Positions 8,454-17,630 of a DNA stretch of 64,000 nt are shown in pieces (position 1 is the first letter of the stretch; every line of letters starts with the position of its first letter). The notes beneath the pieces are model-generated. The model was not told the origin of the DNA and searched no databases. It worked only from the letters and a program-made list of their open reading frames with translations. The stretch lies in assembly GCA_022574775.1 (NCBI GenBank), contig JACZRI010000001.1, positions 95,631-159,630 on the forward strand, read 5' to 3'. The DNA comes from Patescibacteria group bacterium (GTDB lineage: Bacteria > Patescibacteriota > Minisyncoccia > Minisyncoccales > RBG-13-36-15). The position numbers were made by a program, and so were the translations under genes.

Positions 8454-9329
8454 ATGCGAAGCTTTACTTTAATAGAGATGCTGATTGTTATTGGGATAAT
8501 TGGTATTCTCGTAGCTTTTGCTTTTCCCGCCTATCGTTTTTTTCAAAAAGAATCAGATTTAACAAATTTATCTGTAGAGATTGTTAATACTATAAGGTTG
8601 GCTCAAAATAAAACCTTGGCTTCAGAGAGAGCAAGCCAATACGGTGTTTATTTTGATCAAATCACGATTCCCAATCGGTATATTCTATTTAAAGGAGGAA
8701 GTTATGGCAGCAGAGATGCTTCATTTGACGAAATTCACAAATTTTCAAGTTTCGTGGAAATTTCTGAAATGAATTTAGCAGGAGGCGTATCTGAAGTAGT
8801 TTTTAACAGAGTTTCCGGTGAAACCTTGCAGTCTGGCAATATCTTTTTGAGGTTAAAAATTGATCCCACTAAAATAAAAACTATCTATATTGAAAGCTCA
8901 GGACGGGTTGATTTAGTTTCATCTCCAACTCCATCTGATGAAGAGCGGATAAAGGATTCTCGCCATGTTCATTTTACGTATAACCAAGATGCGAGAAACG
9001 CCGCTACTTTGCATTTAATCTTTCTTAATTATCCTGCTGATAATTCTGATATTGATTTTCAGGCCAATTTGAATCCTGGGAAAACTAAATTTTACTGGGA
9101 GGGAAGTGTTTTGGTGGGGCCTGTTGGGAATAAAACCGAACAGAAACTCTTTATTCAAACTCATTCTTTAGATCTAACTGCTGCCCAATTTTCTGTTCAC
9201 CGAGATAGAAGGTACAATGATAATGCTTTGGAGATTACTCTTGATGACCAAAACCTTATTCACTATACGGCAGATGGCCAAACCACCAAGGGTAGTTCAG
9301 TTCATGTTACTGATCCTCAATGGCAATAA
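8454..9329 (+). CDS. Minor (pseudo)pilin, FimT/GspH-like, locus 1
   Basis: N-terminal prepilin methylation motif MRS-FTLIEMLIVIGIIGILVAFAFP. Starts 2 nt after the pilC stop. Confidence 0.75.
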   Translation: MRSFTLIEMLIVIGIIGILVAFAFPAYRFFQKESDLTNLSVEIVNTIRLAQNKTLASERASQYGVYFDQITIPNRYILFKGGSYGSRDASFDEIHKFSSFVEISEMNLAGGVSEVVFNRVSGETLQSGNIFLRLKIDPTKIKTIYIESSGRVDLVSSPTPSDEERIKDSRHVHFTYNQDARNAATLHLIFLNYPADNSDIDFQANLNPGKTKFYWEGSVLVGPVGNKTEQKLFIQTHSLDLTAAQFSVHRDRRYNDNALEITLDDQNLIHYTADGQTTKGSSVHVTDPQWQ

Positions 9330-9331
9330 AC

Positions 9332-9395
9332 AAAGTATGAAATACAAAGTACGAAGAAACGAAGAAAAAAAATTTTCAGAACTTCAGACTTCTTG
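9332..9395 (+). repeat. Family B hairpin repeat
   Basis: aaagtatgaaatacaaagtacgaagaaacgaagaaaaaaaattttcagaacttcagacttcttg. Contains the first ATG of the next ORF. Confidence 0.75.
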
Positions 9396-9900
9396 TTTTC
9401 GACTCGGCTCGCCAAGAGTGGCAGATTTCAGGATTCAGAAGGGGGTTTCGGTAATTGAAATTTTAGTAGTGATTTTTATTTTGGCTGTTGCTTTTGTTGG
9501 TATTTTAGGCTTAATCACTTTTTCTTTAAAAGTTTCCACTTTAACAAAAGAGACCACGCAAGCTGTGAATATAACCCAAGAAACATTTGAGGTTGTTCGT
9601 AATTTTCGAGACGGAAAGGATTGGAGTACAGACGGTCTCGGGAGTTTAGTCATGGAAGTTCCTTATCATCCAGAGAAGACAATTGATATTCCTCCTCAGT
9701 GGGCGCTCATTCAGGGAGAGGAGATAATTGATGGATTTTCAAGAAAGGTTGTTTTTAAGGAGGTTTTTCGGGATGGAAATGACGATATTGTTGAAACTGG
9801 TGGAGTATTAGATCCAGATACTAAAAAAGCCACAGTTACTGTTTCTTGGAAAGATCAAGAAGTTGAAGTAGCTACTTATTTTACTAACTGGAATCAATGA
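9337..9900 (+). CDS. Minor pilin, PilV/GspI-like, locus 1 (start uncertain)
   Basis: Prepilin-type segment QKG-VSVIEILVVIFILAVAFVGILG. ATG 9337 lies inside repeat B. In-frame GTG 9418 would give the leader MADFRIQKG. Confidence 0.65.
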   Translation: MKYKVRRNEEKKFSELQTSCFRLGSPRVADFRIQKGVSVIEILVVIFILAVAFVGILGLITFSLKVSTLTKETTQAVNITQETFEVVRNFRDGKDWSTDGLGSLVMEVPYHPEKTIDIPPQWALIQGEEIIDGFSRKVVFKEVFRDGNDDIVETGGVLDPDTKKATVTVSWKDQEVEVATYFTNWNQ

Positions 9901-10448
9901 TCAATAACCAACAATTAACGACTCATAATCAACAAAATGCCTTTACCCTATTGGAAGTTTTAATTTACATCGGAGTTTTAGTTATTATTATGTCAACTAT
10001 TTCTTCTTATCTCATTTGGTCCATCCAAAGCAGCACCAAGATTAAGGTAATGACTGAAACTTTAGATAATGCGCGAAGAGCAATGGAAACTATTGTTTAT
10101 GAAATTAGGGAGGCAGAGAGTGTATATGTTTCAACCTCTGTCTTTGATTCCCATCCTGGACAGCTGTCTTTAGAAACGACGAAATACATACCGACAGATG
10201 AGAGCAAAACTTACATTGATTTTTATGTTTCAAATGGCAGGCTTTGTCTAAAAAAAGAATCCCAAAACCCAATTTGTTTAACTTCAGACAGAGTTGAAAT
10301 TGCTAATTTATTTTTTTCTCAAATTGATACTGCCAATTTCCCTTCTATCCAGATTGACTTAAGTATTGATTACAAAAATCCAACTGGACGTTCAGAGTAT
10401 CAGTCACAGGTTAATTTGCGATCAGTTGTTTCTTTAAGATCATATTAA
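9897..10448 (+). CDS. Minor pilin, PilW/GspJ-like, locus 1
   Basis: Leader MINNQQLTTHNQQNA then FTLLEVLIYIGVLVIIMSTI. 4-nt overlap with the previous gene. Confidence 0.7.
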   Translation: MINNQQLTTHNQQNAFTLLEVLIYIGVLVIIMSTISSYLIWSIQSSTKIKVMTETLDNARRAMETIVYEIREAESVYVSTSVFDSHPGQLSLETTKYIPTDESKTYIDFYVSNGRLCLKKESQNPICLTSDRVEIANLFFSQIDTANFPSIQIDLSIDYKNPTGRSEYQSQVNLRSVVSLRSY

Positions 10449-10451
10449 AAA

Positions 10452-10515
10452 TAATCTAAACATATTAATATGTTTAGATAGCGTTAAAATGCTCAGATGC
10501 TTAAATGTTAAAAAG
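10452..10515 (+). repeat. Family A periodic hairpin
   Basis: Perfect 26-bp palindrome atctaaacatattaatatgtttagat (10454-10479), then gttaaaATGctcagatgcttaaatgttaaaaag. Confidence 0.8.
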
Positions 10516-12333
10516 TCGGAAAAGGGTTTTGTCGCCTTGTTTTTATCAGTCCTGATTTTAGCTATAATTTTTGCTCTTGGAACGAGTATCACTATTTTGA
10601 CTTTAGGCCAGCAGAGAATTGCCAGCGATATTACCAGATCTTCTCAAGCCTATTTTGCCGCTGAAGCCGGCATTGAAGACAGCCTCTTGAGAATTCAAAA
10701 CAACAAACTTTATGTTCCTGATAATACTTTAAGCGTTAATGGGGCAAGTGTGGATATTAATATTTCCGGCAGTCCAACTCAGCAAACAGTTATCTCTCAA
10801 GGTGATTTTGATAATATTTTCAGGACTGTGACTACTGTGTTAAAACTTAACACTACTGCGCCTGCTTTTTATTATGGCGCTCAAATTGGCGAAGGAGGTC
10901 TGGAAATGGAGAACAATAGTCGGATTGAGGGTGTTGGCGGTGTGGCTGGAAATGTTTATTCTAATGGGAACATTGAAGGCGATCCAGGAGCTGTAATCAC
11001 TGGAGATGTTTTTGTGGCTTCAAGCACTGATCTTAATCAGCAGTGGGCCGTGTGTAGTAGCGATCAAGTTTTTGGTCAGAATTCCCCAGTACTGGATCTA
11101 GTCCAAAGTTTCAAAATCAATCAAACAGAACGTTTGGTTCAGGTCAGTATCTATTTGAAAAAAAATGGAAACCCAAAGAATCGAACCATCAGGATTTTAA
11201 CTGATGATAATGGTTCACCCAGTGAAACAGTTTTAGCTTCAGCTACCTTAAATGCCTCTAAAGTGACTGAAAATTACGGTTGGATCAATATCGCTATTCC
11301 TAATCCACCCCTTTTAAACGCAGATACTTTTTATTGGTTGATGGTAGATACGAAAGCAGATAGCAATAAATACTGGATTTGGTGTAAAGATCAAAACGAA
11401 GGATATATCAATGGAGTAGCAAAATATAGCCATGATTGGAATGAAGATGATCCAGACTGGACTCAGATAACTGGCGATCTTAATATCAAAATCTGGATTG
11501 GGGGCGCAATCACTTCTCTGGAAAAAATAAGAGTTTTTGGCGATGCTTATGCGAACACCATCTTGGCGAGTGAGATACAAGGAGATGCGTATTATCAATT
11601 CATCGATCAAGGCTCGCTCGATTGGTTAAATAATTATTCTGGAAGTCCAGGCATTGCTTATCCTGATTTTCCAGATCCTGCGGTCAGTGACATGCCTGTT
11701 TCTGATGCAAATATTCAGGAATGGAAAGATGAAGCTGGATGCGGTCAACAGCCAGCCATTCCCCCTTGCTTGATTGAGGGGGATTATAGCCCACCTTCTG
11801 GCGCTTCAACTTTGGGTCCGGCAACAATAACTGGCGATCTCGATATGACCAATCTTCAGGTTTTAGAGATTACAGGCACCGTGTACGTCCAGGGTAATAT
11901 TGATTTTGAAGGTGGCGCAAACCTTGAATCAGGTATGAGTTGCTCTCCTGACTATGGAGAACTCAGTTGTGTTGTACTTTCCGATGGATGGATTCATATT
12001 AAAAACAATAAACTTTTCCAGGGTTCTGGTCAGCCAGAAAGTTATTTTATGCTTTTAACTACGGCTAATTGCCAGGGTGGGGATCAGACTCCAAGTTGTA
12101 CGCACCATAATGCGGCAATGGATTTGCATAATAATGCAGTCGGGGCTATATTTTATGCAGCAGACGGTCTTATTTACCTTCATAACGGGGTAATTATTTC
12201 TGAAATAGTAGCCTATAAAGTTCAGTTAAAGGAAAATGCAGTGATTCAATATGAACAAGGACTGGTTAACGCCCAATTTTCATCAGGACCTGGAGCTGCC
12301 TGGGTAATTCAAAGTTGGCAGGAGACTGAATAA
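10489..12333 (+). CDS. PilX-N-terminal-domain protein with large beta-rich C-terminal region (putative pilus tip/adhesin subunit), locus 1
   Basis: N-terminus KGFVALFLSVLILAIIFALGTSITILTLGQQRIASD..AYFAAEAGIEDSLLRI resembles the PilX N-terminal domain. 614 aa, Gly/Asn-rich. Confidence 0.65.
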   Translation: MLRCLNVKKSEKGFVALFLSVLILAIIFALGTSITILTLGQQRIASDITRSSQAYFAAEAGIEDSLLRIQNNKLYVPDNTLSVNGASVDINISGSPTQQTVISQGDFDNIFRTVTTVLKLNTTAPAFYYGAQIGEGGLEMENNSRIEGVGGVAGNVYSNGNIEGDPGAVITGDVFVASSTDLNQQWAVCSSDQVFGQNSPVLDLVQSFKINQTERLVQVSIYLKKNGNPKNRTIRILTDDNGSPSETVLASATLNASKVTENYGWINIAIPNPPLLNADTFYWLMVDTKADSNKYWIWCKDQNEGYINGVAKYSHDWNEDDPDWTQITGDLNIKIWIGGAITSLEKIRVFGDAYANTILASEIQGDAYYQFIDQGSLDWLNNYSGSPGIAYPDFPDPAVSDMPVSDANIQEWKDEAGCGQQPAIPPCLIEGDYSPPSGASTLGPATITGDLDMTNLQVLEITGTVYVQGNIDFEGGANLESGMSCSPDYGELSCVVLSDGWIHIKNNKLFQGSGQPESYFMLLTTANCQGGDQTPSCTHHNAAMDLHNNAVGAIFYAADGLIYLHNGVIISEIVAYKVQLKENAVIQYEQGLVNAQFSSGPGAAWVIQSWQETE

Positions 12334-12360
12334 ATTACTTCCGGCACTTAAGTTTTTAGT

Positions 12361-12419
12361 TGAATGTTAAAATGGTAGAATATAATGAGATGCCTAATAG
12401 CTAACTTAACATGTTTGAG
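12361..12419 (+). repeat. Family A-related units (partial) at the pilM start
   Basis: tgaatgttaaaatgg ... ctaacttaacATGtttgag. The ATG at 12411 is the pilM start. Confidence 0.45.
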
Positions 12420-13538
12420 TTTTTAACTTTAAAACCTGAAGTTTTCGGTTTGGATATTTCTGATTCATCTTTGAAAATTGCAAAATTAGAGAAAAATGGA
12501 AAGTTTTTAAGTTTGGCTTCTTTTGGAAAAACAGTCATTAAACCTGGGGTAATAGAAAAAGGGGAAGTTAAAGATGAAAAAGCTTTAACCGAAATAATTA
12601 AAGAGTCTTTACATAAGGTTTCAGGTAAAAAATTGAACGCGAGATATGTAATAGTTTCATTGCCAGAAAAAAAATCATTCTTGCAAGTAATTCAGATGCC
12701 AAAAATGAGCGAAGAAGAATTAAAAAAAGCTGTCTATTTTGAAGCTGAGAATTATATCCCTCTACCAGTTGAAGAAGTTTATTTAGATTTTCAGATTGTT
12801 GCTCCTGTATATGACCATTTGGATCATTTAGATGTTTTAATTGTGGCTTTTCCTAAAGAAACCGTAGATGCTTATATCAATTCTTTGAAAAAAGCCGGTT
12901 TGAATATTAAAGCTTTGGAAATTGAGTCTTTAGCTATTACGAGGGCATTAATTAAAAACGGATTAAGCCCACATCCTGTTCTTCTAATTGATCTGGGAGA
13001 AAATGGAACTGGTTTGATGATTTTTTCCGGTTACTCTCTAAGATTTACAAGCTTCATACCCATTTCTTCTAAACAATTTACCAAGACCATATCTGATGCT
13101 TTAGGGGTTAGTTTTCAGGAAGCTGAAACATTGAAGTTGGAACACGGTCTGTCAAAGAAGTATAAAATAAAAATGAAAAATGGGATTGAAAAAGAGATAA
13201 AACCAGGGAAGATATTTGAAGCATTACTTCCGCTTCTCACTGATTTAACCAAGCAAATTGAAAAATATTTAGGCTATTATAATACCCATGTTTTTCATGA
13301 GCATTTCCGTCAAAATGGAAAAGTTGTTGAGAAAATCCTTATTTGCGGAGGAGGAGCTAATTTTAAAGGTATCAGCCAATTTCTCTCTTTGAATCTGAAA
13401 GTTCCAACTGAACTGTCTAATCCATGGACAAATATTCTCAAAGGATCCTTGCAGGAGGTGCCAGAGTTGTCTTTTAATCAATCTCAAGCTTTCGCCTGTG
13501 CTTTGGGACTTGCTTTAAGAGGAATAAAAGGAAAATAA
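12411..13538 (+). CDS. pilM: Type IV pilus assembly protein PilM (actin-like ATPase fold), locus 1
   Basis: FGLDISDSSLKIAKLEK.. start, YFEAENYIPLP, CGGGANFKGI. 375 aa. Confidence 0.85.
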   Translation: MFEFLTLKPEVFGLDISDSSLKIAKLEKNGKFLSLASFGKTVIKPGVIEKGEVKDEKALTEIIKESLHKVSGKKLNARYVIVSLPEKKSFLQVIQMPKMSEEELKKAVYFEAENYIPLPVEEVYLDFQIVAPVYDHLDHLDVLIVAFPKETVDAYINSLKKAGLNIKALEIESLAITRALIKNGLSPHPVLLIDLGENGTGLMIFSGYSLRFTSFIPISSKQFTKTISDALGVSFQEAETLKLEHGLSKKYKIKMKNGIEKEIKPGKIFEALLPLLTDLTKQIEKYLGYYNTHVFHEHFRQNGKVVEKILICGGGANFKGISQFLSLNLKVPTELSNPWTNILKGSLQEVPELSFNQSQAFACALGLALRGIKGK

Positions 13539-13540
13539 TT

Positions 13541-14068
13541 ATGATTAACCTATTACCGTCACAGTATAAAGAAGAGTTTGCGATTGAAGAAACCAGGAGA
13601 TTAGTTATTATCTTGGGGTTTTTGTTATTTTTTTCTTTTCTTTCTTTAGTTTTAGTCCTGTTTTCTATCAGAATTTATATCTCTGGTGAACTTCAGGGAC
13701 AACAAACTCTTTTGACAGCTGAAAAGGAAAAATTCGAGGCTAAAGAAATCAGAGATTTAGAGAATAAAGTCAGAATTTTCAACCAAAGAATTTTCCTGTT
13801 GGATGAGTTCTATGACAAACAAATCGGTTTAACCGCAGTATTTAATAAGATAATAACAACTGTTCCACAGGAAATATATTTAACAAACCTTTCCTATTCA
13901 GAGAAGGCCTCTCAAGTTGTTCTTTCTGGATTCGCCCCTTCCAGAGATACTTTATTCCAGTTCAAAAGAAATTTAGAAAAAGATTTTCAAGACGTTTATT
14001 TTCCGCCAAATAGCTGGATTCCGTCAACCGATATAGAGTTTAGCGGGGTAAGTTTTCAAATTAATTAA
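13541..14068 (+). CDS. pilN: PilN-like bitopic pilus alignment protein, locus 1
   Basis: MINLLPSQYKEE start typical of PilN, single TM helix, directly after pilM. Confidence 0.7.
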   Translation: MINLLPSQYKEEFAIEETRRLVIILGFLLFFSFLSLVLVLFSIRIYISGELQGQQTLLTAEKEKFEAKEIRDLENKVRIFNQRIFLLDEFYDKQIGLTAVFNKIITTVPQEIYLTNLSYSEKASQVVLSGFAPSRDTLFQFKRNLEKDFQDVYFPPNSWIPSTDIEFSGVSFQIN

Positions 14069-14212
14069 TAATTTGGACCCTTGTTTGAAAAAAAGGAGTC
14101 AATAACCCAAAATTTGTGAAACAAATTCGGAGGTCACAATAATTACTCCGAAAAATTCAATATGTTGTTCGCCAAATGTCCTTAAATCTTGTGGCTTGCG
14201 GCTGATTCAAAT

Positions 14213-14719
14213 ATGAAAAAAATTTATTTGATAGTAAGTATCACAGTAATAATAAATCTAATCTTAATAATTTTTATAATTTTTCCTTTAATCAACAGTA
14301 TTAAAAATATTTCAAAAGATTTAGTGTCGCAAAATTCCGAAATATTTCTGCTTGAACAAAGGGAAGATAATTTAAAGAATCTCAAAAAAATTTATAATTC
14401 CAATCAGAAAAATTTGGAGAAAATAGATGCTTCCTCCGTGAATCTTAATACTCCTATAGGTTTCATTGGTTTTTTGGAAAAAATAGCCGTTGATTCTCAA
14501 GCTGGCGTTGAAATTTCTTTAACTGAAGGAAAGAGTAGTTTTGAGAATAGTCTTTTATTTAGCGTTTCCTTAGGCAGTTCATTCCCTAATTTTTTAAAAT
14601 TTTTAGAGAAATTGGAAAATGGGCCTTATTTCATTGAAGTTTCAAGCTTGAATATTAGAAGAACAATTGAAGGTGAGATTTCTGCAGTTTTAACATTTTC
14701 AGTTTTGGCAAAGGAATAA
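14213..14719 (+). CDS. PilO-like bitopic protein, locus 1
   Basis: N-terminal TM helix then a coiled-coil-like region, placed after pilN. Start moved to ATG 14213 (MKKIYLIV). Confidence 0.55.
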   Translation: MKKIYLIVSITVIINLILIIFIIFPLINSIKNISKDLVSQNSEIFLLEQREDNLKNLKKIYNSNQKNLEKIDASSVNLNTPIGFIGFLEKIAVDSQAGVEISLTEGKSSFENSLLFSVSLGSSFPNFLKFLEKLENGPYFIEVSSLNIRRTIEGEISAVLTFSVLAKE

Positions 14720-14735
14720 CTGATTATTTCATACA

Positions 14736-15074
14736 ATGTTAGCGATAAACCCTAAAATAAAATTTACCAGGATAAAAGAAATTTTAAAAAAAACTCTTTG
14801 GATTTTGGGAGAAAAGGCTTTTCTTGTTTTCCTCGTTCTTTTATTTTTTGGGATAGCCTTTAGTGTTACCTTGTTCTATCAGTCCTCAGCTTCAGCTAAG
14901 AAATCTCAACAAGGAACATTAGAAAAACCTCTTCAGTTAGATGAAGGGTTATTAGGGAAAGTTTTAGGAATACGGGAAGAGCGTGAAAAAATATTTAATG
15001 AGACAAAACAGAAACAGTATCCTGACCCTTTTTGGAGAGTAATTCCCAGTTTAGAAGAAAAGAACCTTGAATAG
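14736..15074 (+). CDS. Small N-terminally anchored protein following pilO (unknown)
   Basis: One TM helix. Same position, size and C-terminal (D/N)PF tail as 50917..51183 in locus 2. Confidence 0.5.
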   Translation: MLAINPKIKFTRIKEILKKTLWILGEKAFLVFLVLLFFGIAFSVTLFYQSSASAKKSQQGTLEKPLQLDEGLLGKVLGIREEREKIFNETKQKQYPDPFWRVIPSLEEKNLE

Positions 15075-15122
15075 ATTGATTATTTAAGGTATAATAATTT
15101 GTATAATTATCCGCAGAATTTT

Positions 15123-15194
15123 GCCCCTGTAGCTCAATGGAAAGAGCACGGGACTTCTAATCCTGGGATATAGGTTCGACTCCTGTCAGGGGCG
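15123..15194 (+). tRNA. tRNA-Arg(TCT)
   Basis: Acceptor GCCCCTG/CAGGGGC, anticodon stem CGGGA/TCCTG, loop CTTCTAA, T-loop TTCGACT. Confidence 0.9.
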
Positions 15195-15264
15195 TAAAAT
15201 GGTACGGTCGAGCGCTAAAAGCTTTAAGTGTTTTGGTTTTGCCACAGTGACGCTTATGGCTTAT

Positions 15265-15337
15265 GGTGAGCGTAGTGTAGTGGTTAGCACAAGAGTTTGT
15301 GGAACTCTTAGGGGGAGTTCGAATCTCCTCGCTCACC
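15265..15337 (+). tRNA. tRNA-His(GTG) with encoded G-1
   Basis: G-1 then acceptor GTGAGCG/CGCTCAC, discriminator C, anticodon loop TTGTGGA, T-loop TTCGAAT. Confidence 0.9.
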
Positions 15338-15345
15338 CTGGTTAT

Positions 15346-15372
15346 CCCCTGTTTGACAGGGGTTTTGTTTTG
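15346..15372 (+). terminator. Terminator after the tRNA-Arg/His pair
   Basis: cccctg-tttga-cagggg followed by ttttgttttg. Confidence 0.65.
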
Positions 15373-15489
15373 TGAGAGGAAGAGCTATAATAACCTAACT
15401 ACCAGAGGTAAAATTAATTCTTCTTTGATTTTTAATTGCCATCAGTGTTATTCTGCAGGCATTTAAATTTCACAAAGATGTGATATATT

Positions 15490-16110
15490 ATGCAAATCAA
15501 TGAACAATACGCTAAACTTGCCGATGATGCGACAATTCAAAAAACAGCAGAAGCTCTAAAAAAGAATGGTATTTCTGCGGTAGTGGTAGAAACGGAAGAA
15601 GAGGCAAAGAAAAAGGTTTTAGAATTGCTTCCCCAGGGTTCTGAGGTAATGAATATGACCTCAATGACTCTGGAAGCAATCAATGTGGTAAGTGAGCTGA
15701 ATGAGTCTGAGCATTTCAACTCAGTTCATAATAAACTGAATGCTATGGATCAGAAAACACAAGGGGCAGAGATGCGACGTCTCGGAGCAGCGCCTGAATG
15801 GGTAGTGGGAAGTGTTCACGCAGTTACCGAAGATGGACATGTGTTAGTTGCTTCTGCGAGCGGTAGCCAACTTCCTGCCTATGCTTATGCTGCAGGGCAT
15901 GTCATCTGGGTGATTGGTACGCAAAAGATTGTGAAAAACATAGAAGAAGGCATGAAGCGTATTTATGAATACAGCTTTCCCTTGGAAGATGAACGAGCGT
16001 TGAAAGCATATGGCATGCACAGTGGGGTCAATAAAATTCTCATAGTAAACAAGGAATTTGTGCCTGAAAGAATTACTGCGATTCTCGTTAAGAAAAAATT
16101 AGGATTTTAA
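15490..16110 (+). CDS. LUD-domain (LutC/YkgG-like, DUF162) protein
   Basis: AVTEDGHVLVASASGSQLPAYAYAAGHVIWVIGTQKIV resembles the LUD-domain core. 206 aa. Motif-level call only. Confidence 0.55.
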   Translation: MQINEQYAKLADDATIQKTAEALKKNGISAVVVETEEEAKKKVLELLPQGSEVMNMTSMTLEAINVVSELNESEHFNSVHNKLNAMDQKTQGAEMRRLGAAPEWVVGSVHAVTEDGHVLVASASGSQLPAYAYAAGHVIWVIGTQKIVKNIEEGMKRIYEYSFPLEDERALKAYGMHSGVNKILIVNKEFVPERITAILVKKKLGF

Positions 16111-16159
16111 GATAGTTAAAATTACAAGACCGAATTTATTTTCTCTCCTTTTTTACATT

Positions 16160-16188
16160 AAAAAACAGCTCTCAGAGCTGTTTTTTTC
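16160..16188. terminator. Bidirectional terminator between convergent genes
   Basis: aaaaaacagctc-tca-gagctgttttttt. Confidence 0.7.
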
Positions 16189-16213
16189 AATGCAACGCCA
16201 TTTCAGCTTTCAA

Positions 16214-17251
16214 TTATTTTTTCTCTTCCAGTTTTACTTTTAAGTTTATTTTCTTTTTCTCCCTTAATACTTTTAAGGAAAGTTCGTCATTTATTTTATG
16301 TTTTTGCAAAATATCTGATAAGGGATTTTTTACAGTAATTTTTTCCCCTCCTGCCTCCAAAATTATATCAAACTCTTTCAGCCCGGCCTTATCTGCGGCA
16401 GATCTTTTAAGCACTGCTCCTTCTCCTAAATTTTCCCTCATAATTAAAGCTCCATAATCCACTGGCAATTTATTCTTCTCTGAAATTTGCTTATTCAAAA
16501 TAACGTATCTTACTCCCAGAAATGGTATTTTTATTCTCCCATACTTTCTCACTTCTTCTAAATCTTTCTTGGCAGAATTGATTGGGATTGCAAAGCCTAT
16601 ATTTTGAGCCCCCATTATCATTGCAGTGTTGATGCCAATAACATTTCCTTCAATGTCAACCAAAGGACCACCTGAATTCCCGGGATTGATGGCGGCGTCT
16701 GTTTGGATTAGTCCTCTTAATCTTTCAACTTGGTGATCAACTCCGGCAAAAGCTGTGATATAGCGGCTCAAACCAGAAATAATACCTGAACTTATGGTGT
16801 CGTGGAATTCTCCTAAGGCATTACCAACGGCAACTACCGGTTGACCAAGCTCTATCTTGTTTGAATCGCCAAACTCCAAATAAGGAAGATTTTTAGCCTT
16901 TATTCTTAAAATTGCAATATCATTGATTGGATCTCTGGCTATGATTTTAGCAGGATATTTTTTTGTCGGTTCCAAGACAATGGTGTAATCAGCTTCAAGG
17001 TCTGCAACCACATGCTGGGAGGTGAGAATCAAGCCGTCAGAAGAAACGATAAATCCTGATCCTCCGCCAATTTTCGTCCTTTCTTTCTTGCCATTTTTTA
17101 ACTTTGGCATAATAACTCCTCCGCCTTCAAAAGGCATAACAAAATATCCTTCAATTTTTGGCAGGTCTTTTGAAATAACGATAGTAATTACAGCCGGACA
17201 AACTTTTTTTGCTACTTCTACGATTGGTGAACTGTTTGGCATATACACCAA
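16214..17251 (-). CDS. HtrA/DegP-family serine protease with PDZ domain
   Basis: Trypsin-like triad contexts TSQHVV, DIAIL, GNSGGPLV. C-terminal PDZ-like region. Confidence 0.9.
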   Translation of the reverse strand: MVYMPNSSPIVEVAKKVCPAVITIVISKDLPKIEGYFVMPFEGGGVIMPKLKNGKKERTKIGGGSGFIVSSDGLILTSQHVVADLEADYTIVLEPTKKYPAKIIARDPINDIAILRIKAKNLPYLEFGDSNKIELGQPVVAVGNALGEFHDTISSGIISGLSRYITAFAGVDHQVERLRGLIQTDAAINPGNSGGPLVDIEGNVIGINTAMIMGAQNIGFAIPINSAKKDLEEVRKYGRIKIPFLGVRYVILNKQISEKNKLPVDYGALIMRENLGEGAVLKRSAADKAGLKEFDIILEAGGEKITVKNPLSDILQKHKINDELSLKVLREKKKINLKVKLEEKK

Positions 17252-17420
17252 TTATAACAAGGAAGAAACTTTTGTACACAAGGTCGCTTCGCCAAGTCTG
17301 ACTTGGCTTCGCTCCTTAGAAACCCATGGTTTCTAACGTTTTTCTCGATTTCATTGAGAAAAACCTGTTTTCCTACACGGAGAAATACCCAATTTCCCCG
17401 ACCATCCTTCTGCCTTTTAC

Positions 17421-17449
17421 TTGTATAAAAGGAAAAAAATTGATAGAAT
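17421..17449 (+). promoter_or_regulatory. Weak promoter candidate for the tRNA cluster
   Basis: TTGTAT, 17 nt, TAGAAT, ending 13 nt before tRNA-Arg(CCT). Confidence 0.3.
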
Positions 17450-17461
17450 AGCTTTGAACTT

Positions 17462-17534
17462 GCCCCCGTAGTTCAACGGATCAGAACAAGAGACTCCTAA
17501 GCTCTAGATAAAGGTTCGATTCCTTTCGGGGGCA
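17462..17534 (+). tRNA. tRNA-Arg(CCT)
   Basis: Acceptor GCCCCCG/CGGGGGC, anticodon loop CTCCTAA, T-loop TTCGATT. Confidence 0.85.
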
Positions 17535-17539
17535 CTAGC

Positions 17540-17610
17540 GGGCCCATGGTATAGAGGTAACACACGTCTATGGCATAGACGAGTCCGGGGTTCAATTCCC
17601 CGTGGGTCCA
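17540..17610 (+). tRNA. tRNA-Ala(GGC)
   Basis: Acceptor GGGCCCA/TGGGTCC with G3:U70, anticodon stem CGTCT/AGACG, loop ATGGCAT, T-loop TTCAATT. Confidence 0.85.
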
Positions 17611-17630
17611 CCTATCTTGATTCCAACTAA

